DNA from: Schizosaccharomyces osmophilus
Lineage: Eukaryota
DNA: 64,000 bases
Reading direction: 5' to 3'
Assembly: GCF_027921745.1 (NCBI RefSeq)
Contig: NC_079239.1
Location: 1,364,001-1,428,000, forward strand
The position numbers and the translations under genes were made by a program. The stretch's first letter is position 1. Every line of letters begins with the position of its first letter. Of the stretch, positions 36,033-48,492 are shown in pieces. The notes below the pieces were generated by a model. That model saw nothing but the letters and a program-made list of their open reading frames with translations, did not search any database and was not told where the DNA came from.

Positions 36033-37426
36033 CTACTTACGACCCTTTCCTATTTTTGTCCAACCTTCATCTTCTACTTCGGCAACAGGGGCAGCTTCGG
36101 CATCTTTTGGTGCTTCAGCTTCAGTGTTTTCAGGTGCCTCCTCTTGGTCAGCAACCTTTACTTCTGAGAGTTTTTCAGTAACGGGCTCTACGGAATTATC
36201 CTCTTTCTTTTCTACGGGATTATCCTCTTTCTTTTCACTAGAAGCTTCGTTGTTAGAAGAAGCTGTGCTGTCTTTACGGACGGCGTGGGTGCGCTTGGTG
36301 GCAAGCTTTTCTTCAACGCGCTTAAGAACGGGAGTGTTATCCACTGGCTTAGCACCGCCAAAAGGATCAGCCTTAGGCTTGCTAGAGGGAGCAGAGGTTG
36401 TTGAAGAGCTCTCAGATTGCTCATTTGTGGCCGAACGAGGCTTCAAGTTGAGGCGAGGACGGCTGTTGGGGTTACGAGAGGGAAGGGGACCACGACGAAC
36501 CCAATCGCGCTCTTCACGGGGAGACTCACGAGACTCACGAGGCTCAAGAGGGTCAAGAGCAGGATCACGTACAGTACGACTCTTCACAAAGCCGTCGCGA
36601 GATCCGCTGTCTCCGCGCTCGGTAGGAGGGAGAGGTCCACGGCGAACCCAGTCACGGTCGTCACGAGGAGCAGCAGCACGACGAGGCTCGGCGACGGTGA
36701 TGCGAATAGCACGTCCCATAAGAGTCTCACCAGACAAAGCCATAGCGGAGCTTAAAAGGTCAGCAGTCTTGAATTCGACGTAGCCGAAACCACGAGAGCG
36801 CTCAGTCATGGGGTCGGTGACAAGACGGACGCTGGTAACACCATCACCGAAGAAGTCGGCAATATCGGCTTCTGTCAAGTCAAAGCTCAAGTTACCAATG
36901 TAAGCAGTGAAAGGAGGCTCTGAGGGAATGGGGATAGCTTCACGTTCGAAGCCGGCGTCACGGCGACCGTCGCCAGCCATAGGACGACTAGCGGGCTCGT
37001 AAGCAGCAGAAGGTGCTTCTGCTGCAGAATAGTTACTACGGAAGCTAGGACGTTCTTGGGCTAAAATTGCACATGGTTAGCTTAAAGTTGCTCTATAAAA
37101 AAAAAACGAAAAGGAAAAGGAAGCTTTTCTACTCGAGCCCTCCTCTAAATAAGTTCTAATTGGAAAGAACTTTTCCTGTGAGGAAAGGGCCCCATGTGCT
37201 TTCCTACAATTGCACAAATCCACTTATACTTACGCAAAGAAGGCAAATCATCAACGTCGTCAGCCCAGCTGGTCGAGCCAAATTGTTCGTCACCTAAGAA
37301 GGCAGTAAGACTCATCTTCGAATTCTGGTAAGCGTTAAACCATTAATTGCTTCTCTGCTTTAACAAACCTTTTTTGGACCTTTACTTTGTTAACAATCCA
37401 TTACTAAAAATTACTCACTAACCCAT
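36033..37426 (-). CDS. sce3: eIF4B-like RRM protein Sce3; exons 37426-37423, 37379-37369, 37324-37234, 37060-36033
   Basis: MGPKKNSKMSLTAFLGDEQFGSTSWADDVDD, PPFTAYIGNL RRM, DWVRRGPLP repeats, RPRLNLKPRS, DPFGGAKPVD. Confidence 0.93.
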
Positions 37427-38969
37427 TATAAATTTAAATCTTTGGTCTTGTACTTTATGTCAAAACCGTTCTGTCTTGTTTTTAAAACAATTCAGACGTT
37501 TCCTGTAGGTCAGGCTTAAGTTTGACAAGTTTTCCCCGTAACAGCGTGACTGCTCGACGTAAATTTTAGCAAATTTTTTGGTGTCGTTTCCTTACCATGG
37601 AGTGGATTTAACGAATGTTTAATCCTTGCTACTTTTGTCAATGCCCAGGGATTGTATAATAATTATACAAAAGAGGCGGGTATTATAAAAGGTAAACAAG
37701 GGAAGAGACAGAAAATAAAAGACAAAGGAATGCTTTTTCTTGAAGATAAATGCCATGCAATTGAAGTAGAAATGTCCATATCGGAAGGTTCGACTGGTTA
37801 GGCTCAATCATTTTGATTGTCGCTTCATTCAGCTCATCAAAATTCTTACATCAAGGAAATACAGGACCAATTGAGCTAGACGCACGTTCATCGTATCATA
37901 CAGCGTAAAAGTCGGATTTTGACAACTTGAAGTTTTTGTTTCGTTCGGTAACAGTGTGTTTTGCTTGATGCCATCGACTAGCTGTTTGTAGGGATGAAGT
38001 AAGGTCTTTTTTTGGGGGGAAATGTGTACATAAAGCTTTGTAAATCGCGCTAGAGCCGTCCTTGGAAACAAAGTGTTTCTATTCCATCCAAGTTATTTAG
38101 TAGCGACTGTCGAGGAAACGTCCTACTTAATAGCAAATGTAAGGAATGATTGCACACACGGAATAGAGGCAATGGAAGCAGCGGATCTGGAATCTCCTTA
38201 TGGTTTTCTTACAAGCAAGTCAAATCATTCAGTAACGTTCGATTTAAAGCACAAATTTTCCATAAGTGATTGTGTTTTTTAAAAGAATTGGACAAAACTC
38301 TTCAAGGAGCGGAAACAAGTTTGAAACCATGGATCCACGTAGCTGAATTCCAAAATGGAATTGTCGCTTTTTATTCATTCTACATTCAATACTCTCCTTT
38401 ACACAGGAAAGAATTGGGAAAAGAACCAAAAAAACCAACGGAATGGAAAGTAGAATGGACAAGGACAACAGGCGACGCATCATGTAAACAAACACGCATA
38501 CTGATGTCTAGTGTTTACGGTAAAAAATTTCAGGTGGACAAACAACAGACGTTATCAAGTTTAACGAATCCATTACATCGTTGTTTTTAAAAAACAAATA
38601 AGTAAATTGAAAAAAAAGTAAGTATAGGTAGAATGAATCAATTCCTCTGGAAATTCTAGTTGAAACATAAATACTATATTTTTTTTTATATTCTATTCTG
38701 CTTTCTTCTTTAATGGTTCTCTTGTGATCTCTTGGGGGGGTTTTTTTTTTCTCATTTTTGGTACATGGAAAAGACATGCGAATTGGAAACGAATCGTCTC
38801 AAACATAATTGGAAGATCAGATGTCTTATCCATTTCAACATACAATGAACATTCCTTTCGTCAAGCTTGCATTGTATGCTTGTTTCCAACGACAGTTTCT
38901 ACATCAGCCTAGCTTTTTAGTAAAGAGACGGAACCGTCCACTTATACATTTCTTTCATGTCTTTTAAAC

Positions 38970-39030
38970 AAAAAAAAAAAAAAAAAAAAAAAAAAAAACA
39001 TAAGATATATATATAAATATATATATATAT
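38970..39030. repeat. Poly(A) tract (about 29 nt) followed by (TA)n
   Basis: Read directly; likely a nucleosome-excluding promoter or leader sequence. Confidence 0.85.
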
Positions 39031-39432
39031 TTTAAATTGCCATCTCATTTCAACTTCTCTCTTTTCTCTTGCTCTCTATCCATATAACTTATAATTGCCT
39101 CCTACATACAATTAAAGCTTTCAACTTGAATGTTCACATCATAGTGACTAATTAAATACCAACAATATATCTGCGATCATTTCAACAAAAGGAATAAATA
39201 TCGACGAGTTTTGACAGACTTCACTCTTTTCATATAAATTTGAAAGTATAATTGAGTAAATTCTGTTTTCTTCTTTAGTATCGAAATTCATCTGTCTAAC
39301 CCTTTTTTCTTCTTCTTTTTTCTTTTTTTTTTCTTTTTATATATCATCTCTTTAGTAAAAAACCCAATATTCGAGTCCGCGAAAACTACATAACCCTATG
39401 CACGAAAGAGTCCCCTTCATGTGGATTACAAA

Positions 39433-41217
39433 ATGGAAGTTCTACTACAGGATGGCCAAATTAAGGAACATATGTTAAATGAACCATGGCAAACATGTAC
39501 ATCATCACCAAATCATGAAGGAATTCTTAGAAAACCAAGCCCTGTGAATATAAAAAGACTTCCCAAACGACCTGCTCCTACAAATCCAACACCGATTCCA
39601 CAAAACCAAAATGAGACAAATCCAATGGATACGAGTCCCAACGAAGATTCCTCAAGTACCTCGTCGTCGCCATTAAATGATCAATCTGAGAATGAATACA
39701 ATTTAGACGAAGCTGACAACGTCAGTCTGGTTGATACGACTTTACACTCTTCTTCCTCCACAGCTGCTGAGGCAGCAGACGAAGGCGAGCAGTCAACAAA
39801 GCTTGACGAAGAGAGTATACAATACTTATACCCTAAACATAACAACAATCCCGTCTTAAATCGAGAACATCTACGCTATGTCCCTATCCACAAAAGGCGA
39901 CTGCCAAAAAAAGAGATGATATTGAATCGAAACCTTTTCGTCGCACAGGTGATAAATGCCGGTTGCACAGAAGCATCAAACCAGAAGAAACTCCTTGGAA
40001 AAATCTTTCACAGATATGATCCATCAAATTACAAGAGTCCTGTCTGGGCTTCTGAAATGAGTACAAGTGGAAAATACCTAGCAACCGCGGGAAAGGATTC
40101 CATTATTCGAGTATGGAAGGTCATTGAGAGTAAGAAAGACCGAATCCATCACTTTAATGAAGAAATCCGAAACAAAGATTCTTACTTCACTGGTTTCAGT
40201 GTATTTGAACCAAATCCTGTTTTAAGCTGCTATGGTCATAAAGCTGAAGTACTTTCCGTGTCCTGGAGCAAAAATGATTTTTTACTAACTGCATCCAGCG
40301 ACAGCACCGTTCGTCTTTGGCATCCTAGAGTAGGCAGGTGCTTGGCCTTCTTCCAACACAATGAGGTTGTAACGTGCGTTTCTTTTCATCCAACAGACGA
40401 TCGATACTTTGTATCAGGAACATTGGACCATCGAATCCAGATATGGTCCGTTTTGGAGCAAAAAGTCTTGCATTGGAATCAACTAGAACATCCAATTTCG
40501 GCCATATGTTTTCAAGCCAATGGCCAGCGCATCATCGTCGGGTTGTTTTACGGAATGTGTGTTTTATATGATATAGAACAACTTCGTTATATTTCTTCAT
40601 GGCTCATTCATCGATCATCTTCACGAAATAGAAAAAGTAGAATCACTGGATTGCAATGCACAAATGCCATTCCTGGAGAAGTCAATTCCAAGACATATGT
40701 TTTGGTTTCCACAGACGATAGATCCATTCGGATTTTTGACGTTGAAAATAGATGTATGATTTTAAAAGTGAATGAAGAACATCGTGCACGCGGACAACTA
40801 CTTTCTCGTCTAAATGAAGACAACTCCTACATCATTAGCAAAAATGGCTCCAACGAAGTTGTATTGTGGCATCTTCCATACAAATTTCTATCATCGACAA
40901 ACAAACGAAGAGGCGTTGTTCGACATCTGCCGATCGAAACATTTCGGATTTGCACAGAGGGGCTCACTTCCGCAATTATTGCTCCAGCAAAAACAACTTT
41001 AGAGATTAGCCGCTCGGAAGGATATCTCTGTCCTAAAAAAAACTGGAAAAACCCACTGTCCAAGGCCTCAGAAAAGACCTTTGGTGCAAAACCCCTTGAA
41101 ACTATCATAGTTAGCAATATGGCAGGAAAAGTGATTGTTTTAAGACGTGACGACCTAAAAGTGAATAAAGGACCTGTAAAATTTCGAAAGTTCCTTCATA
41201 ACTGGTTGCATATTTGA
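39433..41217 (+). CDS. WD40 protein, WDR44/Rab11-binding family
   Basis: SGKYLATAGKD, GHKAEVLSVSWSKNDFLLTASSDSTVRLWH, FHPTDDRYFVSGTLD. Start codon uncertain. Confidence 0.88.
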   Translation: MEVLLQDGQIKEHMLNEPWQTCTSSPNHEGILRKPSPVNIKRLPKRPAPTNPTPIPQNQNETNPMDTSPNEDSSSTSSSPLNDQSENEYNLDEADNVSLVDTTLHSSSSTAAEAADEGEQSTKLDEESIQYLYPKHNNNPVLNREHLRYVPIHKRRLPKKEMILNRNLFVAQVINAGCTEASNQKKLLGKIFHRYDPSNYKSPVWASEMSTSGKYLATAGKDSIIRVWKVIESKKDRIHHFNEEIRNKDSYFTGFSVFEPNPVLSCYGHKAEVLSVSWSKNDFLLTASSDSTVRLWHPRVGRCLAFFQHNEVVTCVSFHPTDDRYFVSGTLDHRIQIWSVLEQKVLHWNQLEHPISAICFQANGQRIIVGLFYGMCVLYDIEQLRYISSWLIHRSSSRNRKSRITGLQCTNAIPGEVNSKTYVLVSTDDRSIRIFDVENRCMILKVNEEHRARGQLLSRLNEDNSYIISKNGSNEVVLWHLPYKFLSSTNKRRGVVRHLPIETFRICTEGLTSAIIAPAKTTLEISRSEGYLCPKKNWKNPLSKASEKTFGAKPLETIIVSNMAGKVIVLRRDDLKVNKGPVKFRKFLHNWLHI

Positions 41218-41354
41218 TTTACGATATCTTCTCATTCTACGTTTGCTGTTCATAACATGTATTATTAAGCTTATACCTTCTTTATTTAATATGTTATTTA
41301 TTTATTTTTTTATAACAAAAAAAGTCTAACTGATGCAATAAAACTTATGTTCCG

Positions 41355-42535
41355 TCAATTCCAAAAAACTACGCCCGAGTGAGCCGTTACGAGTTGTGCA
41401 TGGCGAGGATTAAAGCGAACTATAGAAGGCACCTCAGGGCAATCTACTTTATCTGTCATAGGAATACAGCTTTGTGGGTCTGAAGGGACCGTATCCTTGA
41501 CTTGTATCATTAGTTCATGCATATTCCAAGTGTCTGAATATTGATTTGGTTTCATCTCAGGTAATTCATAGATCGCCAAATGTTTCTCGTCATTTGCAGC
41601 AAATAAATACTTACTGTCTGGAGACATACAAGCCGAAGAGTAAAAAGAAAGGTTTTTACTAGCGCTTTTAGCATTCGTCCTAGCTGGTACACGTAACAAT
41701 TCCTGTCCACTATAAGCATCAACAACGTAATGGCAATCGTTTGCAGTCGTCAATAAAATGTTTTTTCCATCAGTGCTGAATTCGATGTTTGAAATGCTTA
41801 CATGTGGAGGAAGAAATGTCAAGGGAATCTCTTGAAACGGCCGTGAATCGTATGTCTTTATATTGTAAAGAGAGATCTTATACTTTCTTTCGCTCACACA
41901 AGCAAAAATCAAACCAGTAGCATCAAACGCAGCCACTGCAGGCGAGCTTACGTTCAGTAACCCCTAAGAAAGTAAGTAAAAGGATCACCAAATTTTGCGA
42001 TCAACTCAAGTCATACCTGGCAATTAGGAGATCGAAAGTCCCAAAGTCGTAATGTATTATCCATCGAAGCACTAAGAAATATTTCATCAGAGGGCGAAAC
42101 ATCAAGGGAAGTGACAGCTTGTTTATGCCCTGGAAAGTACCGAAGATATCGATTCGTAACTACATCAAGGTAGCGAATTGTGTCGTCTTCTTTAGTAGAA
42201 GCATGGATCAGAGAATTAGAATGATGAGAAAACCGACCCAAGTGAGCTCCATATTTCTTACTGGCAAGTTCTTTGATGAATCTATAACAAGTTAATAAAC
42301 ACCATAAATTGCTAAGAAGCAAATATTACATTTCATCAAAAGTATCACTTTGTACTTACTTTCCTGTTACACAATTATATAGTTTTAAAGAATCATCCGT
42401 GGAAGACGCCAAACTTAGTTCTCCACTGTCGTCGAAACTTACAGAAGTGATTTCACCACCTAATTCTGTATTTTTTAACCATTTTCTTGGCTCAATTGAA
42501 GACAGCAACTCGTAAGTTATTGGAACTGTTGTCAT
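41355..42535 (-). CDS. swd2: Set1C/COMPASS WD subunit Swd2 (WDR82); exons 42535-42360, 42281-42017, 41963-41355
   Basis: SKKYGAHL, HASTKEDDTIRYLDVVTNRYLRYFPGH, AAFDATGLIFA, FNPRHAQLVTA. Confidence 0.93.
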
Positions 42536-42621
42536 TTTTGGTTTTAAACTAGAAATCCAAACCGTTTTGTCAGAGCATAGGTGGACAGACAAAGTGAGAA
42601 TTAATTTTTGATATAAAAGCC

Positions 42622-43324
42622 ATGGCTGAATATTGGAAAAGCATTCCCAAATACTTTTGTAAATATTGTCAATCAGTAAGCTAAAACAGTAATTATATTG
42701 AAAATATGCTAACCCGATATTCAGTTTGTTACAGATACTCAACTTATTCGGCGGGAACATGAACAAAGCTTTAAACACAGAAATGCGTTGAAACGGTTTA
42801 TGAATGAGATTCACTCATCCAATTTGAAGCGACTGAGTCAAACTAAAGAAAACCCGCCTTCAATCCCTACTCATATCTCTGAATCTGTTTTAGCATCTTA
42901 CGAAAAACCAAAGACACAGAAGCCGAAAATACATCCTGCAAAGAAAAAAAGCACACTAGATGATTGGGAAATTCCTGATAGTACTCAAGCTGCATCCTCT
43001 TCACATAACTATATACCAACACAAACTCCTGCCGTACAAGATGACGAACCGACTAATCTAGAAAAAGATAAAGAACAAGAACAAGATTCCGAAGAAAAAA
43101 AGGAAATCTCTTCGTTGAAAAGAAATCGGGAATCTGTCGAGAATGAAGAAAAGGCTTTCTTCCATTTCAAAGTTAGACAAAAAAGTTTAGAAACAGAGGA
43201 AATCTCTAAAGATAATACAGTTAGAGATTCCAATGCTGAAGAGAAAGAACCGAAAGTAATTTTCAAAAAGAAGAGATCTTCTGCTCGTCAAAATCTCAAA
43301 TCCTCTAAAAAAGTTACAGACTAG
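42622..43324 (+). CDS. U1-type zinc-finger protein, WBP4/FBP21-like; exons 42622-42675, 42725-43324
   Basis: MAEYWKSIPKYFCKYCQSFVTD...HEQSFKHRN zinc finger; VIFKKKR tail. Confidence 0.85.
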
Positions 43325-43537
43325 ACTTCTCTTCATGCAGAATTAAAAATCGAACAAGAATTTATTTATTTTATTTTAGTCTAATAAAACTGCTCCTTTT
43401 GTCTAAGTTACCCATGTCAACCATAAATGTTAAAGACGAAATTTTCAAAACATTCGTTGAGAATTAGAACAAAAGAAGAAAAATGTAGGTCATTATAAAT
43501 AATCATATCGTATCACCTATTATATAAAATATAGCTT

Positions 43538-45460
43538 TCAGCTTCGTTTTTCCAATTCACTCACACCTTCTTTCTTTTTGTAAAACAATATATATGAAGA
43601 AGAAAAATCATACTGAAGCGCTGCAAAGCCATCCACTCTTTGAACGATGGAATCGTCAATTCGATACCACTGATTTTCACTTAAAACGCACGATGTATAG
43701 TGACCGTTTTCAAGTTGGCCGTAATGACTCACAAAAGCAAATAAATCGTAGCTACATTGATCGTAATTCATTCCTGATTGGAAACAAGGAGGAATAAGCA
43801 TGTTGCTGGGAATTCGAAAGTTCAGTTGTAGAGGAGTATCGACTTTTTTCCAGCCTATCATCGTATTACGAAACCTTTGTATCTGTATTATCAAGTAATC
43901 AGAAAGATGGGATATATTCATTATTTTTTTTGCTGGCCTTCGTCTTTGACACGCAGGACAAAACCAAGCATTATGTCCTTCTAAAACTTCATAAGCCATG
44001 AATCTGCGGAGACATTCATGCAAGCTAACGAATCCGGGTACATCTGGAATCGGAATAGCAAGAGAAGTGAAAGGCGCGAATGTAGTAGACGTTCGTTGAC
44101 AAACCGTACATTGTATTCGACTGCAAAGTTGCCCTGAAAAAATTTGCTCAACTATACTTAGATTATGTCGAATATGAAGATTCCATTCAACATAATTAAG
44201 ATAAGAAAGAGGTAATTTTTCTCGGGCGCTTTGCTGCGCATCAGAAAGAGGAGACATTGAAGCACGAGAAGCATTAGAGTTTAAGTCTTCATGTATTTTA
44301 TCTAGCAAATAGTTCAGAAATTCTTGAGCATCGCATTGGTCGTCAATACTAAAATCTCTGTTCAGGGATTGAACAGCATCTAGAAATCGTTTTGGAGAAA
44401 CAACTCGTTTTCCCTTTCTTTGAAAAACTTCGTTTACCAAAGAAAGGAAAGCTAATGTCATTTTTCCACCGGATCCCAATGGATTACCAGTATTAATGGC
44501 TCCAAGAGCCTGCGATTTATGACACATTGGGGAAATTAGCTCCCCACATGCGAAAAGGCATTGCAAGACGCAGTTCATATAACACGTATTTCCAAGATTA
44601 GTGAGACCAATGGGTAAGTATTCGAGAATGCTTTTATTTTCATCAATCTTCTTGCTTGACATGGAAGTAAGGAACTGCGGTTTCCATTTCAGGGACGTCA
44701 GAACAGAGTAAATATGATAAGCAATATCTATGTCATCCAAATGGTTTTCTAAGCTATAACAAACTGCAACCTCTGGAAGAAAAGGGGCCTTTTTTAAATA
44801 ATCATCAATTTCAGTTATGGATGTCGAACGAAACAGTGAAACGGGAATATTTATGGTAGCTTCAGAAAGGAAATAATCCTTGGAACTTTCCTCAGAGTAC
44901 ACATTGATAAATAAGGCTTTACTTGATTTATCTTTAGTCAGTTTCATGGCTGACTGGATCGACATGCAAGGCAGAAAATGCCTCACTGCTAATTTATTTT
45001 TTAATTTAAATATTTTCTGAATGAGAGCAAGCGTTTGCTACATTGTGTTAGTTGATTGTCTAAAGTATGGAGAAGGTAAAAAGGATATGGAGAGATCATT
45101 TAAGGATTCCGTAACTCGTACTTAAAATCATTCTCTTTAATCCGTTTCTACTTCACTTCTGCAAATACCTTTTGAAAGTGCTTGAAATCTGAATAAGCAC
45201 CGGCTTGAACTGAGATTTCGAACCGGCATGGAATCTCATAAGCCAATTTGATGGCTTTCAGATAGAACACATAAGACTTAACATATAAGCCCTTTTCTTC
45301 TAAATTTTTAGCCTGCACGGTAAGTAATCAAAATCGTTCCCAATGAACGTACCTCTCCCAGCCATTGCAGTCCGCGAAATGTACAGCTCTGTACGGTTTC
45401 ATCATCGTGAATGTAAACGAAAGCTTTGTCAAATAGTTTATCAAAATACTCATCGGACAT
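43538..45460 (-). CDS. ubp4: Ubiquitin C-terminal hydrolase Ubp4; exons 45460-45353, 45312-45169, 45037-43538
   Basis: Cys box GLTNLGNTCYMNCVLQCL, QCDAQEFL, His box HYGQLENGHYT; introns restore the frame. Confidence 0.9.
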
Positions 45461-45582
45461 CTGATATCCGAAGTGATACTCTACTCCATATAAAATATGC
45501 AACTGGTGGTAATAGCTCTTACACCTAGTCAAATTCCTGAAACACCAAGTATTTTGAGGATTTAAGGAAAAAGTGAGTTTTG

Positions 45583-47154
45583 ATGACACCGAATTGGGAT
45601 ATACAAATAAGAATATTTTGTCAAAGGCTACGTCCACAAATAGTGTAAGTTGAAATTAGAAGATGTGGCATGAACCTTGAGAGCACTTAACTAACGGATG
45701 TCTTCACGTATAGTGAGTCAAACACAGAACTTTATTTAACAGTTCAAACAGCTAAAGGTTCTATTTTACTGATTGTGGACAAGCTTGTGCCATATCATGT
45801 TCAGTTTATCCTTGAAGAAGGTCAGGAGAATCTGCAAAACTTGCTCAATGAATACGTAAAATCTTCTTTTAAAAATTTGGATACAACTATAACCAGCTTG
45901 TTCAATTCATGTTTACAAAAATGGGATACTTTTGCGAGCACAAGAATGGATTCATCTGAACTCACTTCAGATAATGGACAAGGTAAACAAGATCCTTCTA
46001 GGCAAGAGAAAAAACATGTCGAATCCACTGAGAAAGTCGTTAGTAATTTTTCAGACTTAAGCATTAAAGAGATAGTTCTCCCCAAAGACTCTTCCCGTTC
46101 AGGGTCTAAAAATGTGAAGATAAAATCTTTAGGTAATGAGAAAGAAGGTGACTCAAACGAGGGTTTACCAAGTTCAAATAACACAATCTCTCAGCAAAAA
46201 ATACCTGAAAGGGAAGGTTTTGATCAGGATAATGAACGCCAAGTCCCTGCCTCTCAGAGCGATCAGATACCCAGACAAGTCAAAACATTACAACTTCAAG
46301 GAAATGACTACTCTCTAGAGTTAACAGGTCTTAATCTGATGAATGTTGGTGTTTTAAAAGCACCGAGGCTGAAATTGGTGGTAAAATGTATTCGCTGTCA
46401 CTACGGGAATGAGGTTGCTGTTCAAGAAAAATATTCCCTTTCTTGTTTACGGTGTAATAATGGTCTTCAAGTCATTTGGTTATCAGGAACCATTCATGTG
46501 AATTCACCAAGATTGGGTGTGCTTGATTTAGTAGGATGTGCACCCGTTGATGTTTTACCAATTGACTGTTTTGTTTCATGTTTGGAATGTACAGATGAGC
46601 AAGAAATAGTCTTCAAAGGACTTTCCTCTATGCAGCCCATGGCTCAATTTTGCAGATCATGCAGGACAAGAACATTAGTTCAGTATCAGGATACAAAATT
46701 TCAGTTACTGAAGCAACGTGAACAAGCCTTTGGTTACCAGAAACCTTCCAATAAAAGCAACAAACAAAACCTTGGGATCGTAAAAGGTACGCCCCTTCCT
46801 AATCGCGGTGCTTGTGAACACTACAAGAAGTCATATCGATGTATGTACATTTATTCTTTTCTCCAAGATTGTTCAACTAACTTAATAGGGTTTCGTTTTC
46901 CATGCTGTAATCGAATCTATGCTTGCGATAAGTGTCATGATATTGATCAAGATCACCTAAATGAGTATGCAAAAAGGATTATTTGTGGTTATTGCTCCTT
47001 TGAGTCTATGTACACCAAAGAAGGAACATGCTCGCGTTGTGGAAACTTCACAACACGTCGTCAGAAAAGTGCTTTTTGGGAAGGCGGACAAGGAATGAGA
47101 GATCCAATCCGAATGAGTAGAAAAGACCCCAGAAAGTACAAAAGAGTTACTTAA
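45583..47154 (+). CDS. CHY zinc-finger protein; exons 45583-45644, 45714-46840, 46889-47154
   Basis: C-terminal GACEHYKKSYRWFRFPCCNRIYACDKCHD...ICGYC...FWEGGQGMRD after removal of the 48-nt intron; several CxxC pairs. Confidence 0.85.
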
Positions 47155-47267
47155 TGCAGGACAATGGATTATATTCCTTTTTTACTGTTTAAGTGATGCC
47201 TAATGAAATTGCTTAATGATTATAAAACTTAATTTAGTATCTTTTCCTCAGGGATCCTGTCAAATTA

Positions 47268-48250
47268 TTAAGTAGATTCATCACTTCCTTCATATTCAAC
47301 CAGAGATGCTGTAGAAGTCTTCTCTGGACCCTTAGTCCACTCCCTCGTCTTAGATACCTTTACAACTGCATTTTCTGTATCTGAAACTTTTGGAAAACAA
47401 GAGTCATTTCGGAGAAAACCAGTTAGGGCGACTGCATCATCAAAATTTGAGAATCTTTCTTTTTTACTACGTTTCATTATTATCTTTTTGTAATCAGGCT
47501 TCACAGGTGCTTGAGACTCCGTGCGCTCATGACGAGCTAACTGTTGAGCAATTTTTTCATCAGAAATGGTAGGGGGTAAAAGACTTAAATCAAGACCAGC
47601 TTGATACTTCAAATTATTCTCTCTTTGCTCTTGCTCTTTTATCAACTTCTTTTTCTCCTATACACCGTGTTAATAATTACATGAATGTGAGTCGCATACC
47701 CTAAAACGTTTTCGAAGTTTTTGAGAAACAGTCATAGGATCTGCCCATTGTCTCTCATTTTTTTCATAAATAAGCTCCAATTCTGTATTTTGATCCTCTT
47801 GCGTTTTCTGGGTAGTTATACTTTTTTCCAAAGTCTCTAATGGATCATGATTGTCAGAGCTCGCAACGTTGGATAATGTCACAGTATTGGAAGCATCAGC
47901 TTTTCTTTTCCCTCCATTAAACACATTGTATTCTGTATTCTAATAGCAATTTGTTATTAACCTACAACCTGCATATAAAAACTTACCTTTGGGTCTGTAT
48001 GTATCTCGAGAGCATTAGAGCAAGTATGACAATGAAAGATGAAAGACCACACTTTTGAAGAATAATATGAACCAATATGTTTTTTCTCTGCATTAAACCT
48101 GGTGCCCTGAGAGATTAAATTTTGGCATTGATTGCACCATACTGCAAAAGGCATCTCAAATCGAACTACATTTTTTGCTCTTGTTCGCTTTCTACGTTTA
48201 TTCTCTTCTTCTTCAGGAGGACGATACCTCCCCATGTTAAAACCCTGCAT
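47268..48250 (-). CDS. saf4: Splicing factor Saf4/Cwc16 (YJU2B/CCDC130 family); exons 48250-47987, 47939-47700, 47657-47268
   Basis: [23 protein letters not shown]...GTRFNAEKK...CHTC...TDPKNTEY, SLVEY tail. Confidence 0.9.
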
Positions 48251-48492
48251 TATAGATTTGAGTATATGGAAGCATTTTGCATATTCGTGCGTTGGCAGAT
48301 GGACTTATAATCCGATACGTTTATGAAGAATTAGAGGAGGGTCATAAACATAGGTATAATAGGACCCAGTTGAATATCACAAGAAACTAACATTTATTAA
48401 AAAACTCTTCACTATTGATATAATTTGGAAGCCAAACTTGATTATGGGAATTATACTATAGAAAGTAAACACGAATAATAGGTATATCATCC

